A stretch of 32,000 nt of DNA, taken from positions 260,488-292,487 of the forward strand of contig JAILWJ010000001.1 of assembly GCA_025699025.1 (NCBI GenBank). The letters run 5' to 3'. This DNA is from Nitrosarchaeum sp. (GTDB lineage: Archaea; Thermoproteota; Nitrososphaeria; Nitrososphaerales; Nitrosopumilaceae). The translations under genes and the position numbers were made by a program. The notes beneath the pieces are model-generated. The model saw nothing but the letters and a program-made list of their open reading frames with translations. It ran no database searches and was not told where the DNA came from. Every line of letters begins with the position of its first letter. Position 1 is the first letter of the stretch. Below, piece after piece: positions 8,281 through 15,745 of this stretch.

Positions 8281-9717
8281 TTGGTCTTAAAATACGACCC
8301 GCCACATTATGTATCATTGAAGATAAACTATGATGATATCAACAGCAGAAACAATCCATACCAGTTATTCTTGGATAACATCAAGAGTCCAGAGACTGCA
8401 AGAAAATACAAAAAGATGCTAGAGAGGTTTCTGCTATCCATTCCAGATCAGGTATATGAAAATACAAAGGTAAAGTCAGATCTTAAAAGCATGATAAAGC
8501 ATTTTGTTGCCCTTGCAAAAAAGAATCCAGATTTGGCAACTGACATCATTGCAACATACATCAAAGAGGAAAAGAAACTGGTAGAGGCAGGCAAGCTAAG
8601 CTCAGGAACACTAGAGAATCATATCAAGCCAATCAAGGTACTACTTGATGCAAACAGAATCGCCATACACTGGAAGTCCCTGCACAGATTATACCCAAGA
8701 AAGCAGAGCACCACAAATGACAGGGCATACACAAAAGCAGAACTGCAAAAGATGCTAGAGGTTGCACGAGACCTCACAGACAAGGTGATAATTACCGTAT
8801 TCTCATCAGGGGGATTCAGGCTAGAGGCGTGGAACTATTTTACATGGAAGGACATCAAACTGTTCAAAAATCAAGACAACTCCTACAAGGGAGGAGCCTT
8901 GTTAGTATACAGTAATGATGAGGAGAGCTACTGGACTCACATCACTCCAGAGGCTTGCAAATACGTGGAGATGTACCGAGAAAAATGGAAGTCTGACATT
9001 GGGGTTTATCCAAAAGATGATCAGCCGTTTCTAAAGGCAGTAAAGTATCCCACTATCCACAGGCTGAATTCAACTGGCGTCAAAAAGAGAATCGGAAAAA
9101 TTGTAAAGGCAATCGGTATGCGAGATTCATTGCCTGAAGGCAAGAAGAGATACGAGGTTCCACTAGATCACGGGTTTAGAAAATATTTCAACACCATGAT
9201 GAGGCGTGCCAAGGTAAACTATCTGGACAAAGAGGACATGATGGGACACAAGGTAGGATTGGAAAAACACTATGAGCGATATCAGGAAGAGGACTTTGAG
9301 CGATTCCCCGAGTATCAAAAGGCAATAGCATTTCTTACCATATCAGATGAGGACAGGCTACGCTTTGAGAACCAGCAAAAGCAAGAGATACTAGATGAGG
9401 TTACGCAGAAAGACTATCAGATTGAAGACATGTCAGCAAGACTAAGCGAGGTGGAAAACGAGGTGAAAAACGGGCGGAACACAAGATGGAACTCACTTTT
9501 CCAAGAATCTTTCAGACATCAAGACAATGAGAAGGTACAGCTGATTCTTACCCTGTTGCACATGTGGTTTGAGATGAGGGCAACAGAAGAGGAAAAACAA
9601 GCGTTATGGAAGAAGCTCCAAGACGCAAAAAAGGAAGGAAAACCACTAAACATCATGGATATGTTAGATCCAGACAAGGATGAGCTTAGCTGGAAGAACC
9701 TCTACTCCAAAAAGTAA
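8281..9717 (+). CDS. Tyrosine recombinase / integrase with a long C-terminal coiled-coil extension
   Basis: 478 aa. Catalytic pattern R (GGFRLEA, R180), HxxR (DHGFRKYF, H297/R300), H (MMGHKVG, H323) and Y (EKHYERY, Y331/Y334). An N-terminal SAM-like region is present (SPETARKYKKMLERFL). There is no in-frame ATG before M46, so the start is non-ATG (TTG 8281 or 8317). Confidence 0.9.
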   Translation: MVLKYDPPHYVSLKINYDDINSRNNPYQLFLDNIKSPETARKYKKMLERFLLSIPDQVYENTKVKSDLKSMIKHFVALAKKNPDLATDIIATYIKEEKKLVEAGKLSSGTLENHIKPIKVLLDANRIAIHWKSLHRLYPRKQSTTNDRAYTKAELQKMLEVARDLTDKVIITVFSSGGFRLEAWNYFTWKDIKLFKNQDNSYKGGALLVYSNDEESYWTHITPEACKYVEMYREKWKSDIGVYPKDDQPFLKAVKYPTIHRLNSTGVKKRIGKIVKAIGMRDSLPEGKKRYEVPLDHGFRKYFNTMMRRAKVNYLDKEDMMGHKVGLEKHYERYQEEDFERFPEYQKAIAFLTISDEDRLRFENQQKQEILDEVTQKDYQIEDMSARLSEVENEVKNGRNTRWNSLFQESFRHQDNEKVQLILTLLHMWFEMRATEEEKQALWKKLQDAKKEGKPLNIMDMLDPDKDELSWKNLYSKK

Positions 9718-10182
9718 ATCCAATCATTCTCTACATCGATACAAGTCGTTAATCGGATTAACGCTACTTCTTACAACCATGCAAGACCCCTTTTTGTAGA
9801 GGTCGTTAGGCATGACATGTTAGGCATGAATAGTAGATGTAGAGCCCGTGTAGTCCAGATGTAGAGATTGTTAAAGATTGTAATGCCTAACGATGTGTTA
9901 ACAGTCGTTAATAGTGCATAGTCATTAGAGATATCATTTGTAATAACATGTAGAAAAATTTGTGCCTAACGTTAATGTCTAATGTAAGAAGTGTTAAGCC
10001 TGACACCATATCTGACACAATCTGTCAGGCTTTACGTACAAAATAACATCATTCTACTCTTTCAAAATGTACCAGAGTGTCAGGTCATAACAGAACAAAA
10101 AACTAGTTTTAGTGTTTTTGACTATATTTTTTATTTTTGGTATAATCTTGTTTTATAGGATTCATAACTATGTCAGACTCGC
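9718..10182. promoter_or_regulatory. Non-coding block dense in iterated and inverted short motifs (candidate origin or regulatory region of the element)
   Basis: GTTAGGCA occurs 4 times: + at 9805 and 9819, reverse complement at 9884-9891 and 9963-9970. GTCGTTAA is at 9745 and 9904. AGATGTAGAG is at 9835 and 9857. CGTTAAT-cgg-ATTAACG palindrome at 9747-9763. AGCCTGACA/TGTCAGGCT inverted repeat at 9997-10005 and 10023-10031. TGTCAG(G/A) family occurs 5 times. No ORF of 60 aa or more. Confidence 0.6.
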
Positions 10183-10344
10183 ATGAAATTGGAACATAAG
10201 ATGTCTAGCAAAAAATGTGGTATTGATGTAAAAAGAAAAAAGAGAAGTGGAAAACATTCACACAAAATACAAGTAATGGTTGAATTTAAGAAATATCACT
10301 TAATCAAGTTGCTAAATCAAATAGAACAAATTCATAGGTTAGGA

Positions 10345-10863
10345 TTAACACGCCAAATTCTCTTCATCATTTAGCATGTTCCAAAAATCCAATGCAGTGT
10401 ACTGTTCTGATACTACATATGGAATTCCAATTATTGTTGTTTGAAATTGGATTACTATATCCATCTTTCTAGGATCGATTCTAACGGTATTGTCACTGTC
10501 ACTAAACAAGTGATCAAAATGCATGAAAAGAGTTTGTGAATACTCTATTGATTCTGAAATATACTCTCCATTTGCTTTAAAGATTGAATTTGGTTTAATG
10601 CTTGCTGAATCAATTACATAAGTACCTAAAAGTTTTTTTTCAAAATAAATCAGTATGTCCAACTCGTTATAATTTGCTGGAATTAAAGAATTATTACAAA
10701 TATTGATTTTACCATCTGCCGTATAAAATGTAAAAAATCTAAAAAGATTATCTATTCCACCAAATTCAAGTTGCTCTAAAGCATAGATATTCAATAATGA
10801 ATTTCCTACTGTGCCAATTATGACTATAATTGCAATAAAACTAATTATTTTTTGTTTTTCCAT
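10345..10863 (-). CDS. Hypothetical N-terminally membrane-anchored protein (172 aa)
   Basis: One N-terminal TM helix (IISFIAIIVIIGTVGNSLL) followed by a beta-rich ectodomain. Abuts the upstream 94-aa ORF with a 2-nt gap. Confidence 0.5.
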   Translation of the reverse strand: MEKQKIISFIAIIVIIGTVGNSLLNIYALEQLEFGGIDNLFRFFTFYTADGKINICNNSLIPANYNELDILIYFEKKLLGTYVIDSASIKPNSIFKANGEYISESIEYSQTLFMHFDHLFSDSDNTVRIDPRKMDIVIQFQTTIIGIPYVVSEQYTALDFWNMLNDEENLAC

Positions 10864-10865
10864 AT

Positions 10866-11150
10866 CTATCTAGTAGGATTCATCAGAATTGCTCTCTCTT
10901 TTATTTTTGCATCATATGTAGCAACTATGACCTCACCATCTTCAGCATCGCACTGACCTATGTTTATTGCAAAATTATCCATAGTCTGAACAATACATCC
11001 ATCTACTGTATTTGCAACCACCATTACTCTTTCAGTCACTTCATCAGGTGAAACATACCATACAAGGTAAACAAGCAGTCCAATTCCGACAGTAACTACT
11101 GCAATAAAAATTTGGATTGTAGTTTTGTTGTTCCTTGCATAATCTGACAT
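10866..11150 (-). CDS. Hypothetical N-terminally membrane-anchored protein (94 aa)
   Basis: TM helix IQIFIAVVTVGIGLLVYLVWYV followed by a small domain with two Cys. ATG start. Confidence 0.45.
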   Translation of the reverse strand: MSDYARNNKTTIQIFIAVVTVGIGLLVYLVWYVSPDEVTERVMVVANTVDGCIVQTMDNFAINIGQCDAEDGEVIVATYDAKIKERAILMNPTR

Positions 11151-11239
11151 GCTTTTGATTGTAATATGAATAGATAATCCCTCTTATTGTTTGATGTTTC
11201 TACCAATCTTTTTTATTATCAGATATGTATTTTTAAAAT
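11151..11239. promoter_or_regulatory. Divergent intergenic promoter region inside the element
   Basis: An 89-bp A/T-rich spacer between divergent genes, with A/T boxes (cttttttattatc, gtatttttaaaat) just upstream of the ATG at 11240. Promoter presence is inferred from gene arrangement only. Confidence 0.3.
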
Positions 11240-11623
11240 ATGCAGAAAACACATCTTGACAATGGTTCAAAATTCAAGATTCTTGCATTAATTAGTGGAA
11301 TACTAATTTCAATTAGCGTACCTGTTTTTTTACCTCACTTTCTTCATGGACATGGAGTCCACGTGTCTATTCATCTAGCTGGAATAGGTTTGGGCTCATT
11401 TCTTTCTATAATCGGGGCTATGACATATCTGGAATACAAAACAACGAGGCTACTTTTGGTATTTTTTGCGTTTTTTGTAATAACCATAGCTGAAATTTTA
11501 TCTGCATTAAATATGGTTCTTATTTTTTGGCCTTCTTATTCCAGTGTTGATTCAATTGTTACCCATCTACTCATTCTCATGATGCTGTCTTTCTTTTCAA
11601 TAGGAATATTCAGGAGAGATTAG
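11240..11623 (+). CDS. Small polytopic membrane protein with a His-rich segment
   Basis: 127 aa, about 4 hydrophobic helices, His cluster PHFLHGHGVHVSIH. Its stop lies 1 nt before the next ATG. Confidence 0.55.
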   Translation: MQKTHLDNGSKFKILALISGILISISVPVFLPHFLHGHGVHVSIHLAGIGLGSFLSIIGAMTYLEYKTTRLLLVFFAFFVITIAEILSALNMVLIFWPSYSSVDSIVTHLLILMMLSFFSIGIFRRD

Positions 11624-11624
11624 C

Positions 11625-12131
11625 ATGTCTAATGCAGTTGAAAAAAGGAAAAAAATTCTAAAAATAATTATCGAAAATCCGGGTGCAGGTTTTCTAGACA
11701 TACAAAAAAATACAGGTTATGGTCACGGTAATCTTAGCCATCATTTGAAAACGCTGGAGCAAGAAGGCTCAATCAGGATTAGACGAGAAAAGAGAAAGGT
11801 TTGGGTTTTTGATTCTGCATCAGATCCAAATTATGATCGATTTTGGATGTTTCTTAGAAAAGAAACTTGCAAGAAAATTCTTATTTTTCTTTTAGAAGAA
11901 AGATTTGCAAGTTTTGCCCATATACGAGATGCCATAAAAAAAAGTCCCGGTACCACATCTACTACTATGAAGACGTTAATGGAGAAAAAACTGATTAAGA
12001 AAATTCCAGGATTTCCTGATATATACACATTAGAAGATTATGAAAAAACTAAAAAAATCATAGACAGAATGAATGTATCTCAAACTGATGAGTTAAAAGA
12101 TAGGTTTGTAGACACATTCTCTTATTATTGA
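11625..12131 (+). CDS. Winged-helix (ArsR/MarR-like) transcriptional regulator with two wHTH-like halves
   Basis: 168 aa. ILKIIIENPGAGFLDIQKNTGYGHGNLSHHLKTLEQEGSIRIRRE is a classic ArsR-type wHTH. A second similar unit follows (ILIFLLEERFASFAHIRDAIKKSPGTTSTTMKTLMEKKLIKK). Confidence 0.65.
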   Translation: MSNAVEKRKKILKIIIENPGAGFLDIQKNTGYGHGNLSHHLKTLEQEGSIRIRREKRKVWVFDSASDPNYDRFWMFLRKETCKKILIFLLEERFASFAHIRDAIKKSPGTTSTTMKTLMEKKLIKKIPGFPDIYTLEDYEKTKKIIDRMNVSQTDELKDRFVDTFSYY

Positions 12132-12203
12132 TCACGTTGCTTAAAGTGGTATAACCATCAAACAATCTGTATAATTATTAGAGTCTGAGAGAATATTTTT
12201 CAG

Positions 12204-13238
12204 ATGAGAACATACGGAGCAAACACAAGTTTTCTATATACAGTTATGATTGGTTCTCTGTTTATGGTTATTGGTGTATCGAATACGGAGTTATCACATG
12301 CCGAAGAGTTTAGAGTAAACATTCCATATGGAGCATTTAATCCGGAATTAAATACTCCTGCTGAAGTATGGTATGATCCTCCAATTATAGAAATCAGTGT
12401 TGGGGACATGATAACTTGGTATAATGATGACAGAGAAGGTCATACTGTTACTAGTGGGGAAGGTTCAGGAAGATTTGGTTGGATGAGTGATAATTTTGGA
12501 ACTCCCGATGGATATTTTGACAGTGGACGATTTATGCCTGGTGAGTCTTGGTCATTCCAATTTGAAGAATCTGGAACATTTTCATATTTCTGTGTAATTC
12601 ATCCTTGGATGGAAGGGATTGTTAATGTTCAAGCTGCAATACCTGATTATCCACACGATGCAAGCGGGAAAAAAATTGAACAGTTTCCAATGTATCAGAT
12701 AACACCAGACCAATCAGTTGAAATTAATTTTTCATGGGAACCCAAAGTAATCAAAACTCATGAAAAAGTAAATTTCATCTATCGGTTTTATGATGCAGTA
12801 AACGATCTTCCATTAAGAAAAATGCAATATGACATTTTCATTATTCATAATGGAAAAGAGGTGTATAGTGAAAATGGTGCAGTATCTGGAGCAGGGGGAG
12901 ATTATCGGCAATGGATTTATGAAGAACCAGGCACTACAATTGTAAAAATTCAAAATATCAAACCTTATGGAACTGTAGCTGAAATGGAAATATCTTTTTC
13001 AGATGATTCTTCGGGTAGATTAGCTGATTTTAGTACAATAGTATATGAAAATACAGAAAAGACTTTCACTACACAAGAAATCATTCAACCTAAACAAACA
13101 TTCCAGTTTTACTATGAAATCGCAGTTGCAATAATTGCAGTTCCTGCAATCATGTTGCTTGCAATCGTCATCTATATGAAAAATAAAGGATCTAAAACGC
13201 CAATAAATCAAGGAGAAAGGAAATCTAGCCCTATCTAA
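12204..13238 (+). CDS. Exported, C-terminally membrane-anchored type-1 copper protein (plastocyanin-like cupredoxin domain plus a second beta domain)
   Basis: 344 aa. N-terminal signal/TM. Cupredoxin ligand pattern His (EGHTVTSG) ... Cys-x2-His-x2-Met (YFCVIHPWMEG). C-terminal TM helix IAVAIIAVPAIMLLAIVIYM. Confidence 0.8.
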   Translation: MRTYGANTSFLYTVMIGSLFMVIGVSNTELSHAEEFRVNIPYGAFNPELNTPAEVWYDPPIIEISVGDMITWYNDDREGHTVTSGEGSGRFGWMSDNFGTPDGYFDSGRFMPGESWSFQFEESGTFSYFCVIHPWMEGIVNVQAAIPDYPHDASGKKIEQFPMYQITPDQSVEINFSWEPKVIKTHEKVNFIYRFYDAVNDLPLRKMQYDIFIIHNGKEVYSENGAVSGAGGDYRQWIYEEPGTTIVKIQNIKPYGTVAEMEISFSDDSSGRLADFSTIVYENTEKTFTTQEIIQPKQTFQFYYEIAVAIIAVPAIMLLAIVIYMKNKGSKTPINQGERKSSPI

Positions 13239-13242
13239 AATC

Positions 13243-13905
13243 ATGGAAATAAAAAAAGAACGTCAAATAATTCGTTGGGCACTTATTCTTTCCATCGTTT
13301 CTGGCACGTCATATCTTGTTGTTTTGTTTTCAGATACTTCAGATTCTTCAAAAAATACAATTTTAGGTACAGAGATTGCTGTTTCTGGCTTTGGTGAAAT
13401 TAAATTGTATAATCCAGAAAAAGTAAATCTATTTTCAACTAATACCTATCAAGATACAAATCTGGGATTTCAAATTTCAAAACCAAACAATGATTGGGAG
13501 ATTCATTCTGCACTTGATGAACTAAACACGAATGAATTGAATTCCTTGAAAACCAAGGGATTTCTTGACGGAGTATTTGTTGAGCAAGATCATGACAGAC
13601 GTTTCATGTTAACTATATTTGATATTCAAAAAGAAAATTTTTCATTGCATGAATATGTGGATAATCAAATCTCCCTCATGGAGTCTCAAAATATTGTACT
13701 TCAATTTGAACAAGTCTCATCTGAAGATGATTGGGCAATATTTGCAGTTGAATCCTCAGATGAAAAACAATATGGAGAGCATCTTTTATTTCTAAAGGAA
13801 AACAGATTGTACATGTTACAGTATTCAGGAGATTCTCCACAATCCATTAATTTAGAACAGAAAAATGATTTTCAATTTATTATGGATTCATTTGAGGTAA
13901 TTTAG
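13243..13905 (+). CDS. Hypothetical N-terminally membrane-anchored protein (220 aa)
   Basis: TM helix WALILSIVSGTSYLVVLF followed by a soluble domain. Starts 4 nt after the previous stop, and its own stop abuts the next start. Confidence 0.55.
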   Translation: MEIKKERQIIRWALILSIVSGTSYLVVLFSDTSDSSKNTILGTEIAVSGFGEIKLYNPEKVNLFSTNTYQDTNLGFQISKPNNDWEIHSALDELNTNELNSLKTKGFLDGVFVEQDHDRRFMLTIFDIQKENFSLHEYVDNQISLMESQNIVLQFEQVSSEDDWAIFAVESSDEKQYGEHLLFLKENRLYMLQYSGDSPQSINLEQKNDFQFIMDSFEVI

Positions 13906-15474
13906 TTGAACTTCTCAGTACCGTTTTTAGCAATTTTTCTTGTTGTTAGTCTAGGATTTTCTACAGATTTTGCATTTGGTCATGGTTTAGGCGGTGAGAT
14001 GCTCCCTCCAACAACAATTGGAGACAGAGATGCAACTCTTTCCATAGATATTTCTCCTTCTACATTTGATCCAGAGAATCCTGAAAATTTTGTAACTCTA
14101 AGATTGTTTGACTCTAACACAGAAGCAGTGATTGAGCACGTGACCTTTATTTTGGAGCTCAAAAAAGACGGGGAACGAATTTTCAGATACATGTTTCATG
14201 ATGAGTTTGGAAATCTAAACTTTCGTGTAATCTCTGATAATTCTGATAAAATTTCTGTCAATGGCGCTCAAGAGCCTCTTTTGGGAGGCTGGATGAGGGG
14301 AAATGATGGACCTCTAACTCTAACAGGACCAATCTTTACGTCTGGTGGACTCTATGAGTATAAAGTAGAAGTTTTAACAGTTGATTCAGATGATAATGTG
14401 TTAGATCACCGAGTAGAATTAGAAGGTGCAATCAGTCTTGCTGATGTTAAGACTTTTGAGGTTGCAGACAGCAAAAACCAATCTCATGATGTTCAAGTTA
14501 TATCATATTTTGATACTATACGCGAGTTTGATTTTGATTCAAATCAAATGATCTTCTCTATGCCTTTTGATTGGAATCAAGACTTGGAACAACTAAGTGT
14601 TATTCATGAAGAAGTAAGAGTGCCAAACACTTTCGGGGAATTTCTATCTACAAGATACAACTCGTATGCCAATGGAATCTTGTTGCCAGATCAAGTTGTA
14701 ACTATAGATGATTATTCTTTTGATGATAGAACAGTTCATATGACAATTTATCGTGACCTGATAAAAGAAATTAAAGAAAAAGCAATCAAGACTTCTGATT
14801 CTAAAATAGATTTCAAGCTAGAGACCAACGACAATGTAAAATTTCCACTAGAGTTTGCAACTCCTGACTATCGATTCAAAGTATTCCTATCTTGGGATCC
14901 TGAAACAATTCGTGCGGGAGAAAAGACAACGTTTTTTGTAGATTTTGATGAGCTGTTTAGTGCAAAGACAAAAAGAATTACAGAGTACGATTTGACTGTA
15001 ATCCAAAATGGTGAAGAAATTTACAAAAAACATCTAACTGGAAATGTCAATTCGGATACTCCAAATTCTCACAAGATAATGTTTGCCCCAGAACATTCAG
15101 GAACTGCAAATATTTTCCTCTCAAATATTGATGGAAATTCTCTCTCAAAGGGAAATTTTATCATAGTAATTGAACCACCATTCAGATCTCAAGAATCCAA
15201 TTCCAATGAAATTCCTTCATGGATTAAGAATAATGCAGGGTGGTGGGCAGATGATTCCATAGATGATGAGACCTTTGTGCAAGGAATACAATTTTTGATT
15301 AAACAAAACATATTGCAAATTTCTTCTATCACTCCTAAAGAATCCAATTCCAATGAAATTCCTTCATGGATTAAGAATAATGCAAAATGGTGGGCAGATG
15401 GACAGATAGATGACAATTCATTTCTTCAAGGAATTCAACACTTGATTAAAAATGGAATTATTTTTGTAAATTGA
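13906..15474 (+). CDS. Secreted multi-domain protein with two C-terminal ~49-aa Trp-rich repeats
   Basis: 522 aa, TTG start. Signal-like N-terminus FLAIFLVVSLGFSTDFAFG followed by HG. An internal domain is similar to one in the 12204 ORF. The C-terminus carries two copies of ESNSNEIPSWIKNNAxWWADxxIDDxxFxQGIQxLIK. Confidence 0.65.
   Translation: MNFSVPFLAIFLVVSLGFSTDFAFGHGLGGEMLPPTTIGDRDATLSIDISPSTFDPENPENFVTLRLFDSNTEAVIEHVTFILELKKDGERIFRYMFHDEFGNLNFRVISDNSDKISVNGAQEPLLGGWMRGNDGPLTLTGPIFTSGGLYEYKVEVLTVDSDDNVLDHRVELEGAISLADVKTFEVADSKNQSHDVQVISYFDTIREFDFDSNQMIFSMPFDWNQDLEQLSVIHEEVRVPNTFGEFLSTRYNSYANGILLPDQVVTIDDYSFDDRTVHMTIYRDLIKEIKEKAIKTSDSKIDFKLETNDNVKFPLEFATPDYRFKVFLSWDPETIRAGEKTTFFVDFDELFSAKTKRITEYDLTVIQNGEEIYKKHLTGNVNSDTPNSHKIMFAPEHSGTANIFLSNIDGNSLSKGNFIIVIEPPFRSQESNSNEIPSWIKNNAGWWADDSIDDETFVQGIQFLIKQNILQISSITPKESNSNEIPSWIKNNAKWWADGQIDDNSFLQGIQHLIKNGIIFVN
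15191..15400 (+). repeat. Direct repeat with 147-nt period inside the 13906 ORF
   Basis: 47 nt are identical (15191-15237 versus 15338-15384). After a 3-nt difference, 13 more nt are identical (tggtgggcagatg). Confidence 0.9.
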
Positions 15475-15491
15475 GCAGTTTGTGATTAAAA

Positions 15492-15710
15492 ATGAATTTT
15501 TGTAAAGGTTTTTGCAAACGATTTGAAGTTAAGAGTTTCAAAGCCAAAACACGATATGAAAATAATCAAAAACGATGTCCTGTATGTGAAGTTTACATAA
15601 AATGTACTGAAGTAAGATGTCCTTGTTGTAGTGTAAAACTGCGAATTACTCCCAGAGCAAATCATTCTAGAAAGCTATTTCATAAAAGAAAGAATGAATC
15701 AAGACATTAA
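15492..15710 (+). CDS. Basic zinc-ribbon mini-protein (72 aa)
   Basis: CPVC...x11...CPCC, flanked by K/R-rich segments. ATG start 17 nt after the previous stop. Confidence 0.5.
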   Translation: MNFCKGFCKRFEVKSFKAKTRYENNQKRCPVCEVYIKCTEVRCPCCSVKLRITPRANHSRKLFHKRKNESRH

Positions 15711-15745
15711 TAACATAATGAAACTAATTTTTTGGTACAGTATTA

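Noticed and set aside
10183-10374. 63-aa very basic ORF (MKLEHKMSSKKCGIDVKRKKRSGKH...) at the edge of the iteron-like region
   Set aside because: It overlaps the 3' end of the convergent 172-aa gene by 30 nt. It lies in extremely A-rich DNA where Lys-rich frames arise by chance, and it has no motif. A small DNA-binding protein cannot be fully excluded.
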